This document shows positions 1 to 8,985 of a stretch of 64,000 bases of DNA, in pieces (position 1 is the stretch's first letter; every line of letters starts with the position of its first letter). Position numbers and translations under genes: made by a program. Source of the DNA: Acinetobacter phage vB_AbaM_B9; sequence record MH133207.1; one strand, given 5' to 3'. The notes beneath the pieces are model-generated. The model searched no databases, was not told the DNA's origin, and saw only the letters and a list, made by a program, of their open reading frames with translations.

Positions 1-137
1 ATCACCTTAGACAAATAAATACAACCACTTTAGTGTAAAATAATTTAATAAAACACAAAATAATTAAAATTAATTTAAATTAGTTACAATTACACAGAAA
101 TAAACTTAATTATTGACATGTTACAATAAGATTTATC

Positions 138-166
138 TTGACTTTATCCTACTTTAGTGTTATAAC
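138..166 (+). promoter_or_regulatory. sigma70-like promoter TTGACT-N17-TATAAC
   Basis: TTGACT at 138-143, 17-nt spacer, TATAAC at 161-166. AT-rich upstream region. Confidence 0.4.
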
Positions 167-210
167 TAGTGTCAGCACTAGTGCTATTATTAGTGTTCTT
201 ATAAGAAAGA

Positions 211-240
211 GGGATTAGAATGATCGATTGATCTAATCCC
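211..240. other. 8-bp inverted repeat GGGATTAG/CTAATCCC with 14-nt loop
   Basis: Perfect reverse complement arms read directly. The loop contains ATCGAT. A T/A-rich tract follows. Confidence 0.5.
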
Positions 241-605
241 TTATATTATAAATAACTTAATAGTGTGTATTAGTGTTATGACACTAGTGACTTGCACATA
301 CAGTAGTAGACTACAGCTAGCACAAACTATGTTGTTCTTCTTTGTTGTGTTATATTATCTTAAACAGGTTATTTTCTTTTGTTGCTTTCTTAACAGAAAG
401 AGAATAGAATGAGATGTTGTTTTGTTGTTGTGTTACAACGAACGAAGTGGTATAATGTTTGGTGTTGATGTGTTGTTGTTTGCTCCTAAGACTGTCGTCT
501 TAGCTTGATACGAGCATTAGGATATTCTTAACTTTGAAAACAAAATGCCGTTGCTTTTGATGGCACCCCCTCCCTTCTGTTAATTTAGTAATTGTAGAGT
601 GTTTT

Positions 606-815
606 ATGTTTTATTTAAATTTGTTTTTAACTATTGGATTAATATCTTGTTGTGTTTCTTTAGTGTGTATTGTTATTAATGTATTGTGTTGCTACAACAC
701 ACCTAAGATTATTGAGAAGATTGGTAGTGTTGTTATACCTATCAGTTTATTCTTCTTGATTATGATCATTTGTTTTATAGTTGTTGTGTCATTAATCTCA
801 ATATGGACTAACTAG
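606..815 (+). CDS. hypothetical small hydrophobic membrane protein
   Basis: ORF track. Translation is almost entirely hydrophobic with two predicted TM segments. Terminator hairpin follows. Confidence 0.3.
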   Translation: MFYLNLFLTIGLISCCVSLVCIVINVLCCYNTPKIIEKIGSVVIPISLFFLIMIICFIVVVSLISIWTN

Positions 816-846
816 ATGACCAAATCTTGTAAAAATTCTTGATCTA

Positions 847-867
847 CCCTCACGCACGAGGGTTTTG
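847..867 (+). terminator. intrinsic terminator (CCCTC-loop-GAGGG-TTTT)
   Basis: 5-bp GC stem at 847-862 followed by TTTT. Confidence 0.45.
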
Positions 868-1278
868 CAGAAAAATTGGGGGAATTGCAAAATTATTTGA
901 AATGCGTAAATTTCGGATTTGGTGGTGGAAAAACGATCAACCATAGTTTATCTTTTTGTAGAATGAAAGGTAAAGAAATGTAATTTTTCTTGATTTACAA
1001 TCATTTCTATGTTATCCGCGCACACGTTTCTTTATCTACTGATAAAAGCTCCAGGTGTTGCAGGTGCTCCAGATGTTTTCACTGAACCGAGCACCAAGTA
1101 ATAAATAACGGTTGCTTTATTGTGATTAATGATAAAAGACGGTGCTTAATTCACCTAAATAAATGATTTTCTATAACTACTAATAAAAGATTTAATAAAG
1201 TAAACAATTAAATTAGCTTTATTTTCATGTATTTATAAGTATTTTTAGTGTTATTTTAAAATTATTTGGAAAAAGTGC

Positions 1279-1306
1279 TTGCAATAAATCTAAAATTTGT
1301 TATTAT
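1279..1306 (+). promoter_or_regulatory. early promoter copy A (TTGCAA-N16-TATTAT)
   Basis: -35 at 1279-1284 and -10 at 1301-1306. Preceded by AAATTATTT...AAAGTGCTTGCA, which matches the second copy at 3475-3505. Confidence 0.5.
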
Positions 1307-1511
1307 GAACTCATACCAAGCAGACAAGCTAAGTATAAGGGATAGAGATAAGCTCTTCGGAGTTGCTACCAAAGTTGCTGATAAATGCTTCAGTTGCCAA
1401 AAACGTAAAACTTTGCTCTACAGGCTCACAGTGTAAGACCTGGTTATCCAATTCCTAGCGTACTCAAGATTGATTGTAGGTTACTTACAAGCTAAACAAT
1501 TTAAAGGAAAT

Positions 1512-1721
1512 ATGACCATGAAAAACATTATCTTTAAAACTCTACAAGTTTTATTAATCCTAGCGTTCGTGATAATCGGTTTTGTGTTTGTTGGTGCTTT
1601 TGTAGAATACAAAACATTGAACGGTGCTAATGTTTACGCTGGTTTGGTATTTGCAACTGTTTTATGTACTGCTATATCGGCAATCGGTTTTGTAGTAATT
1701 AAAGAAACTGTTTTAAACTAA
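1512..1721 (+). CDS. small membrane protein
   Basis: ORF 1470..1721 trimmed to the ATG at 1512, which sits after an AAAGGAAAT RBS. The product MTMKNIIF... has two TM helices. Confidence 0.45.
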   Translation: MTMKNIIFKTLQVLLILAFVIIGFVFVGAFVEYKTLNGANVYAGLVFATVLCTAISAIGFVVIKETVLN

Positions 1722-1748
1722 ATTTAATCTAACATAGGAAATACGACA

Positions 1749-2105
1749 ATGAACAACATGATCAATGTACCAGTTGAATTTGTAATTGATGCCCTACAAG
1801 CTCGATATGATGATGTGAAGGATAAATGGAGCAATGATGCAAGTGAAGCTCTATGGGAACAAGCTCTACAACTCGTTGAAGAATGCGGATTAGGCAGTGA
1901 CATTACAAGCTCTAGCGCTTATGTAGACAATTACCTTATTAACGGTGAATTTGTTAGTAAAGAAAGTGACTTTGATGAGTGGACAAAAGATTATAAAGAA
2001 TCTTATGATTTTTCTGATAGTGTAGAGGTCGAGGCTGCTTGGAATGAATATTGTCAAGACAATGCTTTAATCTATAATGATGAGTATGCTTGTTTATCAT
2101 TCTAA
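1749..2105 (+). CDS. hypothetical acidic protein
   Basis: ORF track, 118 aa, D/E-rich. Common among phage early proteins. Confidence 0.5.
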   Translation: MNNMINVPVEFVIDALQARYDDVKDKWSNDASEALWEQALQLVEECGLGSDITSSSAYVDNYLINGEFVSKESDFDEWTKDYKESYDFSDSVEVEAAWNEYCQDNALIYNDEYACLSF

Positions 2106-2185
2106 CACTTAAACAAACGTGCATTGTGTTTAATAAACAACATGGTGCACAATATTAAATGATTTTTTATTTGAGGTATTTACAA

Positions 2186-2362
2186 ATGTATAAAGTAGGC
2201 GATGAAGTTATTTATAAAGGTGTACCAAAAGATTTTAGACGATTAGATCACAAGGCTATTATTTTGCGAAAAACCTTTGAACCAAACTACTTCGTAATAA
2301 AACTATTGAGTGGTGCAGAACTATTGGTTTCTTCTGATTTTCTGTCTTTAGATTTAAACTGA
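2186..2362 (+). CDS. hypothetical small protein
   Basis: ORF 2159..2362 trimmed to ATG 2186 (MYKVGDEV) after a GAGG RBS. Confidence 0.4.
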   Translation: MYKVGDEVIYKGVPKDFRRLDHKAIILRKTFEPNYFVIKLLSGAELLVSSDFLSLDLN

Positions 2363-2391
2363 TTTAAATTAATTTTTCGGAGTAACATAAC

Positions 2392-2535
2392 ATGAAACAT
2401 TATCAGATTATTCATAACGGATTAGTTTATTGTGTAGATGTTTATGCATCATCTAAAAGAGAAGCTATTGCACAATATAGGCAGCAATGGAATCTTGAAG
2501 GAAAACGTATTAACTTACAATGTTGGGAGGCTTAA
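2392..2535 (+). CDS. hypothetical 47-aa protein (not in ORF track)
   Basis: ATG at 2392 after a GGAG RBS, encoding MKHYQIIHNGLVYCVDVY.... The stop TAA at 2533 overlaps the GGGAGG RBS of the next gene. Confidence 0.35.
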   Translation: MKHYQIIHNGLVYCVDVYASSKREAIAQYRQQWNLEGKRINLQCWEA

Positions 2536-2538
2536 ATA

Positions 2539-2736
2539 ATGACATATTCACTAAAAAACATGAACAAATGTGATGTGACTGCAATTGAAGTTATTTATAA
2601 AGGCGGTAAACGGCGTATATTCAATCTTAAAAATAAAGTTTATCGCTATGATGCTTTAGACTTACAAACAAAGTTAGAGAACTATGACAATGTATTTCGT
2701 GTAAATTGTCATACAACGTTAAACAAGTGTTTTTAA
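2539..2736 (+). CDS. hypothetical small early protein
   Basis: ORF track. GGGAGG RBS 5 nt upstream. Confidence 0.45.
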   Translation: MTYSLKNMNKCDVTAIEVIYKGGKRRIFNLKNKVYRYDALDLQTKLENYDNVFRVNCHTTLNKCF

Positions 2737-2751
2737 GGAGGATTTAAACCA

Positions 2752-2958
2752 ATGTTAATCATTAACCGCTACAAATGCCCTATATCAGGGAAAACCTCAA
2801 TATGTGCCCATAAGGTCAATAATATGAAAGTGATTAAGAGTTATAAACCATGTGATGAGTCATTCATTGAAATGTTAGCTCAAGGGCATAAACAATTTCT
2901 ATTGTGTGACGTTCCTAGTTATAGTATGTTAAGTAAAATTAATATTGTGAGAAATTAA
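2752..2958 (+). CDS. hypothetical small early protein
   Basis: ORF track. AAGGAGG RBS upstream. Confidence 0.45.
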   Translation: MLIINRYKCPISGKTSICAHKVNNMKVIKSYKPCDESFIEMLAQGHKQFLLCDVPSYSMLSKINIVRN

Positions 2959-2960
2959 CT

Positions 2961-3185
2961 ATGTTATATCAAATACAAGTTAAAGCTGATAATCAGCGTG
3001 TTTACAGAAAACTGTCAATTAAAATGCGTTCAATTGAAGCATTGAAGAAAGATTTAGAAGCTTATGTGATTATGTATGGTGAAGGTAATCAGATTAATCA
3101 TCACACTGTTTCAGCTCAAATTATAGATCAAAACGGTAATGTTGTATTTGAAAGATTATCCAACGCTACAATCAATAGAGTTTAA
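2961..3185 (+). CDS. hypothetical small early protein
   Basis: ORF track. Tightly packed after the previous gene. Confidence 0.45.
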   Translation: MLYQIQVKADNQRVYRKLSIKMRSIEALKKDLEAYVIMYGEGNQINHHTVSAQIIDQNGNVVFERLSNATINRV

Positions 3186-3194
3186 TCGGAGTAT

Positions 3195-3413
3195 ATGAAA
3201 ATGATTATGAACGATAGTTTGACAGCTTTAAAAGGTTGCTGCGATAAAAACGGTGGAGAATTATCCGAAGTTCTAGTATTAGTTAATGGTCGTCACTTTG
3301 TTGTAGGACTAGACTCATTCACTGATTGTATGAATGAAACAACATATTATGTCGATAGTAGATACAATATCAGAATGCAAGATATAGAAAAATGGTTTTT
3401 ATTGAGAGCATAA
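3195..3413 (+). CDS. hypothetical small early protein
   Basis: ORF track. CGGAG RBS. Followed by an intrinsic terminator. Confidence 0.45.
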   Translation: MKMIMNDSLTALKGCCDKNGGELSEVLVLVNGRHFVVGLDSFTDCMNETTYYVDSRYNIRMQDIEKWFLLRA

Positions 3414-3426
3414 TGACTCACCTTGC

Positions 3427-3449
3427 AGCGCCATTGAAGGCGCTTTTTT
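3427..3449 (+). terminator. intrinsic terminator
   Basis: AGCGCC-ATTGAA-GGCGCT stem-loop followed by TTTTTT. Confidence 0.6.
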
Positions 3450-3499
3450 ATTGTCTGAACAAAATAATTAATTATTTTAAAATTATTTAAAGAAAGTAC

Positions 3500-3528
3500 T
3501 TGCATTGAGTAAGTGAAATTGTTATATT
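3500..3528 (+). promoter_or_regulatory. early promoter copy B (TTGCAT-N17-TATATT)
   Basis: -35 at 3500-3505 and -10 at 3523-3528. Upstream AAATTATTTAAAGAAAGTACTTGCA matches copy A. Confidence 0.5.
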
Positions 3529-3651
3529 TGTTTCATCGGATGAATGATCATTGGCTAGCAAGCTCGATTGAGACAGTGCATAGATTGATCGCCACACCTT
3601 TTTAGGATTAAGCGGCATCTGATAAGTTAAAATTAATCGGAGTAATACACT

Positions 3652-3960
3652 ATGAAAAACTTATTTATCGCTTTAATCGTTACATTGCTTGCAATCTTAA
3701 ATGTAGCTTGTGTAGATTCAAAAAATGAACAAGCTGAAGTAGTAGTAGTGGATACGGTTAAAATGTTTAATGATGCGATTGCTAATAAAGATTCTAAATC
3801 TGCTTTAGTTGCAATCGAGTTAGATGTAAAAAATGACGGTGAAGCTATCCACAAATGTAAAAAAGATACTATCGCTAAAATGTCGAAATTCATTGATAGT
3901 GACGACTATGTAGTGACATATGAAGCATTGAATGCTCAGTGTGCATTTGCTACGATGTAA
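3652..3960 (+). CDS. secreted or lipoprotein-like small protein
   Basis: N-terminal signal peptide MKNLFIALIVTLLAILNVAC, then a hydrophilic domain. GGAG RBS. Confidence 0.5.
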   Translation: MKNLFIALIVTLLAILNVACVDSKNEQAEVVVVDTVKMFNDAIANKDSKSALVAIELDVKNDGEAIHKCKKDTIAKMSKFIDSDDYVVTYEALNAQCAFATM

Positions 3961-4004
3961 TTAAAGCAAACAAACAAGCTAAGCAAGCTTAAAGGAAACA
4001 CAGC

Positions 4005-4190
4005 ATGGTAAATCAGAAACAGTTAGCTATCGAATTGAACGAAGCTTATGTAGAGTATTACAATGCTTTCTTAACAGTAGAACGTTATGCAGCATATAAA
4101 GGATGGTCCTTATTCTTTGCTAAACAAGTGATTAAATCAGGTCGAAAGATCAATCATAATCAAGAGTTATTAAAAGCTTTATATTCTTAA
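4005..4190 (+). CDS. hypothetical small protein
   Basis: ORF track, 61 aa. Confidence 0.4.
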   Translation: MVNQKQLAIELNEAYVEYYNAFLTVERYAAYKGWSLFFAKQVIKSGRKINHNQELLKALYS

Positions 4191-4268
4191 TCTGTTTATA
4201 TACATGTGTATTTAGCTTAAACACTAGATGCACTCAATATATAAACAAACACTTAAAGGATAATCACT

Positions 4269-4439
4269 ATGTACAGTTTGATCATTATGTTCTTTTTAAA
4301 TAACGGTATGAAATATGATACTACAATTGTTAAATCTAATATGTCTAAACAATCTTGTTTAACGTTATCATCACAACTTATGGAAAACCTGCAAGGCTCT
4401 AACTACGAGCTTAAATGTGTACCGACTGAGGACGAATAA
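4269..4439 (+). CDS. hypothetical 56-aa protein (not in ORF track)
   Basis: ATG at 4269 after an AAAGGATAA RBS. Open to TAA at 4437. A terminator follows. Confidence 0.35.
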   Translation: MYSLIIMFFLNNGMKYDTTIVKSNMSKQSCLTLSSQLMENLQGSNYELKCVPTEDE

Positions 4440-4456
4440 AAGATTAACAATACAAT

Positions 4457-4479
4457 GCCCGCTATATGCGGGCTTTTTT
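4457..4479 (+). terminator. intrinsic terminator
   Basis: GCCCGC-TATAT-GCGGGC stem-loop followed by TTTTTT. Confidence 0.65.
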
Positions 4480-4920
4480 ACGTCTATAGAAAACATATCC
4501 TAGAATACTAATAATATCCTTCATTATAACGCCGTATAGCAGCTTTATAACAACGTTATAGACTATTAAGCTAGTGTAGTACCTTAACGTATTAAAGTGT
4601 CTGTAATGAGCTTAGAATGTGATTTAAAGCTATGTTTAAAATTTTCTATATAGAATTTAATTAATATTGTTTCTTTAATCTTATATCAAAATTAAATATC
4701 AAATCTTTTTAGCTTAAGGGTATGTGTTAAGAAGTTTGTTTGTGTGTTTGTAAATAAAGATATAAGAAATAATTTAAATCAAGTGTGGTGAATCTTAGAA
4801 GCTTTGTAGGTATATACCAGTGATGGTGAAAATAAAAGTGTTAATCTTTAAAGCGATATTATAGGATATTTTATAGGAAAAACCGATCGAAAAGACCTAG
4901 CCATCGCTTGGTATTAAACA

Positions 4921-5150
4921 ATAGAACATATAAATAGTCAAATTTCCAAACCCACTTCCACAACACCCCAATACATAAATAACAGAATTTATAATCAGAG
5001 TATTTAACAAATAACACCGCACCAATTTCAAAACAATCCCTACAACATACACCACCAACACATCAAAGATACTCTCTTCAGAGATACTTTCTCCAAAACA
5101 CCCACCCTACCCTAATTCCAAAAACACACTTCCAAAAATTTTTCGGAAAT
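4921..5150 (+). other. G-depleted C/A-rich tract; candidate Rho-utilisation region
   Basis: About 230 bp with about 9 G on the plus strand, far below the local G content. No ORF on either strand. Lies where the plus and minus transcription units converge. Confidence 0.35.
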
Positions 5151-5194
5151 TATTTTAGTGAAAATTATCCACCTTTGAATTTATTTAAATGTGA

Positions 5195-5551
5195 TCATAT
5201 CTCTATCCTGTGGTTAGTTAGACTTGCACCTTTTGAGATAACATCCTCTGAATTTTTACGATGATCTTCATATTGGTTGCCACCCTCAAGCACTTCCGTT
5301 CTTTCACGAGCTAGATATAGATCAACTTCTTCAAGCAATGCCTCATAGCGTCTTTTTGCCTCATCACCCAAAACAGAGGCTTCTTTTTGAATTTCCCAAG
5401 CCTTGTTATAATCCTTTTTGCTATGTACAGGCTCATCTGGATCATCCACAAAGCAATTGCGGAAATCTTCAAATCGGTTGATTGACTCCATATGGACCTG
5501 AATCCAATTAATAAACATCATCCCAATCTTCGCTATCTCTTGATTACTCAT
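5195..5551 (-). CDS. hypothetical protein
   Basis: ORF track, 118 aa. Last gene of the leftward block. Confidence 0.5.
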   Translation of the reverse strand: MSNQEIAKIGMMFINWIQVHMESINRFEDFRNCFVDDPDEPVHSKKDYNKAWEIQKEASVLGDEAKRRYEALLEEVDLYLARERTEVLEGGNQYEDHRKNSEDVISKGASLTNHRIEI

Positions 5552-5891
5552 TTGTATCCACCTTGAGCGCTTGCTCTAAATCCACAGTTAATATCTTGTG
5601 AATATCACTATTTGTTTCTCCAAGATAAAAATCATCAAATTCATCTCCTACATAATCTATTACCTCATTAATCTTTTCTTGCATAATTTCTATTTTCTTT
5701 TGCAGCTCCTCCACTCTCGCTTGTCGTGACTGCCGACCTGCTTGAAAGTAATATTCATAATCTACTTGGTTTTTCTCTATATCCCACACAACAAACTCTG
5801 CCTGCCTGTTTTTACCAAGCTTGATTAATTCTTTAACTAATATATCTTTGTGTTGTTGCAATGCTTCTTCAAACTTGCCTACCTCACTCAT
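5544..5891 (-). CDS. hypothetical coiled-coil protein
   Basis: ORF track, 115 aa. Heptad-like charged sequence. Confidence 0.5.
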   Translation of the reverse strand: MSEVGKFEEALQQHKDILVKELIKLGKNRQAEFVVWDIEKNQVDYEYYFQAGRQSRQARVEELQKKIEIMQEKINEVIDYVGDEFDDFYLGETNSDIHKILTVDLEQALKVDTNE

Positions 5892-6105
5892 AGCTGTCTC
5901 CTTTGTATTCTGGTCTCTCTTCCAACGAATCTTTCCAATTACCTCTGTATGGTTTTATTCCAGTTGTGCTAAAACTTGTAGCCCAAGAATTACTCAACGG
6001 TGTAGGTTTAGTAAATACTTTAACACTGCCATCTTGACACGTTGCTATAGCGACAACCCAATCAGGAATTCCAGACCAATCATATTTACTCATTCCCTTC
6101 TCCAA
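5884..6105 (-). CDS. hypothetical protein
   Basis: ORF track, 73 aa. Overlaps its neighbours by a few nt. Confidence 0.4.
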   Translation of the reverse strand: MEKGMSKYDWSGIPDWVVAIATCQDGSVKVFTKPTPLSNSWATSFSTTGIKPYRGNWKDSLEERPEYKGDSYE

Positions 6106-6457
6106 TAAACTCCTTCAATTCGTCACATACCCAAACTTCAATCCAATATTGTTTTTCAGGAGTAAAGTCTTTCCAATCAAAGTGTTCTCGTTTTAATGTC
6201 ACCGTAGTAACTTTAACATCAGTCTCAGATTCAACAAAACCCACTTCGTCATACTTAAAATATTCATCTGTTCTGCTTTGTACATATCTTTCATACTTAC
6301 GTACAGCTTCAGGTATTCCGTACTTACGAACAAGTACACTAGCTAAGAATTCAAGTCTCTCATCTACCATACGGTGTGCTTTTCGCATCTCTTGATATTC
6401 GTAGAAGAATGAAGTTGGTGTTACTTGTATATCTTTAGCCCAAAAATACTTATTCAC
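6086..6457 (-). CDS. hypothetical protein
   Basis: ORF track, 123 aa. Confidence 0.5.
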   Translation of the reverse strand: MNKYFWAKDIQVTPTSFFYEYQEMRKAHRMVDERLEFLASVLVRKYGIPEAVRKYERYVQSRTDEYFKYDEVGFVESETDVKVTTVTLKREHFDWKDFTPEKQYWIEVWVCDELKEFIGEGNE

Positions 6458-6459
6458 AA

Positions 6460-6732
6460 TTATTCCTTATTTATAACAGGGTCTTGATCTGTACATGTAC
6501 TCTTTCCACACGAATGAGTTGATTCAATTGAATTGATATTCAAATCTTTTGGGCAGACCCAATATCTATCTCCTTTAAACAAATATTTAGTACAACCAAT
6601 TGAGTTTACTTCTAAAACATACGGTGTTGTTTTTCCTCTGTCTCTTCCATTTACTGTTATACCAATTAGAAATAAGAATGGTATTAATATCATCATAATT
6701 CCTACCATTATTAAATGCCATCCTTTCATCAA
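6460..6732 (-). CDS. membrane-anchored Cys-rich small protein
   Basis: N-terminal TM segment (LIMVGIMMILIPFLFLIGI), then a domain with 5 Cys. Confidence 0.45.
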   Translation of the reverse strand: MMKGWHLIMVGIMMILIPFLFLIGITVNGRDRGKTTPYVLEVNSIGCTKYLFKGDRYWVCPKDLNINSIESTHSCGKSTCTDQDPVINKE

Positions 6733-6784
6733 CTACAATCTCCTTTTCCACTCATTCAACCACTCCAAAATACTCGTTCACACC

Positions 6785-7087
6785 TCACTCCTGTATAGTA
6801 CCACCATCAATAATTCCAAACCATTGTGTGTTTTCATCATAGTCATCCCATGTTGAATACACATACACCAATCCGTAACTTTTGTTTAGCTTCGTTAGAT
6901 CAGGTCCGTAACCATAAACATGTAAGTGTGATTCAGAAGTTAAGATAGGGTAATCCAATAAACTAATCAATTCTAATAGTTCTTCCTTAGAATCATATTT
7001 ATAAATACTAGATTGTCCTGTTCTGTACTTCTCTAATTGTTCATGACTAACTTTACATTTATCACAAATCGATTTTTCGTTTGTCAT
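6785..7087 (-). CDS. hypothetical protein with CxxC motif
   Basis: ORF track, 100 aa. ICDKCK near the N-terminus. Confidence 0.45.
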   Translation of the reverse strand: MTNEKSICDKCKVSHEQLEKYRTGQSSIYKYDSKEELLELISLLDYPILTSESHLHVYGYGPDLTKLNKSYGLVYVYSTWDDYDENTQWFGIIDGGTIQE

Positions 7088-7287
7088 ATTACCCCCAATT
7101 CAACATAATAATCAAAATAAGCCCTAACCTCACCCCCATAGAAACCATTATCAATAATTAAATCTTCAACCATCTCTTTTGTTGGTACAACACCCTTCTT
7201 AAACTTACCACAATATACTTTATGATAATACACAGATACTTGTTGTGTCTTTTGTACTGTCGTTAAATCTTCGAATTTAATTATCAC
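7084..7287 (-). CDS. hypothetical protein
   Basis: ORF track. 4-nt overlaps on both sides. Confidence 0.45.
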   Translation of the reverse strand: MIIKFEDLTTVQKTQQVSVYYHKVYCGKFKKGVVPTKEMVEDLIIDNGFYGGEVRAYFDYYVELGVI

Positions 7288-7676
7288 AACCCCTCAACCT
7301 CCCAACCTCCATCGTTGTTATATGCTAGATGTATTGTTGAATATTGATCTGTATCCCGAACTCTTGACCTATACCAAAATACCTCTTCCATACTCATTTT
7401 ACCAATACAATTTCCAACAAGAATTATACCATACAAACACCTACCAACAAAATATCTACCAAGCTCTTCATTAAATGTATGACATGCAATTTTTACACCA
7501 AGTTTCATAAATTGATCATGGCGTGTTCTCTCATAACCATGTAGTTCCAAATATTCTTGAAAACTATTAATTTGTTGAGTGTTATTAAATAACAATACAA
7601 GCTCTAAACATTTACCATATTTTGAAATATTCGTAAATTCTTCAAATTCAGACAACAAGTCACTTAATGATTTCAT
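7284..7676 (-). CDS. hypothetical protein
   Basis: ORF track, 130 aa. Confidence 0.5.
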   Translation of the reverse strand: MKSLSDLLSEFEEFTNISKYGKCLELVLLFNNTQQINSFQEYLELHGYERTRHDQFMKLGVKIACHTFNEELGRYFVGRCLYGIILVGNCIGKMSMEEVFWYRSRVRDTDQYSTIHLAYNNDGGWEVEGL

Positions 7677-7912
7677 TACCTCATCTCCAATTTACCATTA
7701 TCGTAAACAAAATCTGTTTTAGTATTATACTTAATTGAAGAAATAATTGGAAGAGATAATTCTAACAATTTTGTATTCTTCTCAGCCCACAAACTTCGTG
7801 TATGATAATCACCTTTAATTGATGAAATTTCATTGTTAATACAACGGATATTTTCAACCAATTCTTCAAGTAATAAACCTAAAGCTTGATCTTTTGTTAA
7901 CACTTCACTCAT
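7676..7912 (-). CDS. hypothetical protein
   Basis: ORF track, 78 aa. Confidence 0.45.
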   Translation of the reverse strand: MSEVLTKDQALGLLLEELVENIRCINNEISSIKGDYHTRSLWAEKNTKLLELSLPIISSIKYNTKTDFVYDNGKLEMR

Positions 7913-8325
7913 TTGTTTTCAACCTCCAAAACCTCCACAACATGTTCAAAATTCCACTCTGTAGTTAAATTGTACTTACTTAACAACTTATAAAACAATT
8001 CTCTTAAATAAAAACTATCAATTTCCATCTCAAATAAATCAAAACTGAAAAACGAGCACGTACAGGTCATACAACCATCTAAAGCTTCTCGTGAATTATA
8101 CCAATAATCAAAATGATTAAATTCGTGATTCAAATGCTCTTCTAAAGTAATTCTTATTAACCACCCTAAAGACTCTGGCTTTTCCTGAATGATTGCTACT
8201 TTAGCATTAAATATAAACAAACCCTCACACTCAGCTACAAGATTTTCTGTGTTTTGTTTTATCCTTGCTTTCTTAACCAAATGATTAACTCTTATTTGTT
8301 CAAGCTCAAGGTCATAGTCTCTCAT
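7909..8325 (-). CDS. hypothetical protein
   Basis: ORF track, 138 aa. Confidence 0.5.
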   Translation of the reverse strand: MRDYDLELEQIRVNHLVKKARIKQNTENLVAECEGLFIFNAKVAIIQEKPESLGWLIRITLEEHLNHEFNHFDYWYNSREALDGCMTCTCSFFSFDLFEMEIDSFYLRELFYKLLSKYNLTTEWNFEHVVEVLEVENK

Positions 8326-8510
8326 TTCACACCTTCATTCGTAGAACACCAACGGAGTGCATTTTCTAAAGAATACTCCCAATGGATTACATTTATTGAA
8401 TTATTTTTACCACCGAATATATTCCAGTAACTTGCAGAACGGTGTTTCTCAATTCGAAAAGAGCCCATCCGTATTGTGTCTCCTGAAACAAAAACTTTAA
8501 ACTCTATCAT
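8322..8510 (-). CDS. hypothetical protein
   Basis: ORF track, 62 aa. Confidence 0.4.
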   Translation of the reverse strand: MIEFKVFVSGDTIRMGSFRIEKHRSASYWNIFGGKNNSINVIHWEYSLENALRWCSTNEGVK

Positions 8511-8836
8511 TCCATTTTCCCATAAATGTATTGTAAAGATTTTATCATCTCACCAACCTCTTCTTTTGTCAATATACCAACAAGATGTTCACTCTCTTCA
8601 TCTAATGGGTTTCTACTAGTGAAATTAAATATGATATCATCTTTATACTCACCAATTAGATCATGCTCAATTAGATAATGCGGTTTAAAATCATCGGTCT
8701 CGTCAACAACCAACCTAATACCACAGTCAATCTCTCCATACTCATCAATATTAACATAAGCAAAAGCACCTTTTTCTTGACCAAGACCTTTCTGATCATC
8801 AGTTACTATTTTCATCATTATTCTCCAAAATAACAA
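8507..8836 (-). CDS. hypothetical acidic protein
   Basis: ORF track, 109 aa. The true start may be one of the internal Met residues. Confidence 0.45.
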   Translation of the reverse strand: MLFWRIMMKIVTDDQKGLGQEKGAFAYVNIDEYGEIDCGIRLVVDETDDFKPHYLIEHDLIGEYKDDIIFNFTSRNPLDEESEHLVGILTKEEVGEMIKSLQYIYGKME

Positions 8837-8985
8837 CTATCCTCATCTGACCAACCAATAAATCTTGTAGTAGTTTCACCACAATAAGAACAAGGATAGT
8901 TGTTTAATCCGCAATCTTCTTTAGTTACTGTTTCCCATTCTGTGTGACACGAATCACAGTAGTACCAGAAAGCAAGTTCACTCAC
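8818..8985 (-). CDS. small zinc-ribbon protein (not in ORF track)
   Basis: GTG start overlapping the upstream stop (GTGA). Encodes VSELAFWYYCDSCHTEWETVTKEDCGLNNYPCSYCGETTT... with two CxxC pairs. Confidence 0.35.
   Translation of the reverse strand: MSELAFWYYCDSCHTEWETVTKEDCGLNNYPCSYCGETTTRFIGWSDEDSCYFGE

Noticed and set aside
500-575. GGGAGGGGG on the minus strand near 560, as an RBS for a minus-strand gene
   Set aside because: The downstream minus-strand frame opens only with GTG and stops after 12 codons. No credible gene.
3633-6856. ORFs 3633..3893(-), 5821..6108(+), 6533..6856(+), 10756..11001(+), 11808..12011(-)
   Set aside because: They overlap better-supported genes on the opposite strand or in another frame and have hydrophobic low-complexity products. 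Treated as spurious.
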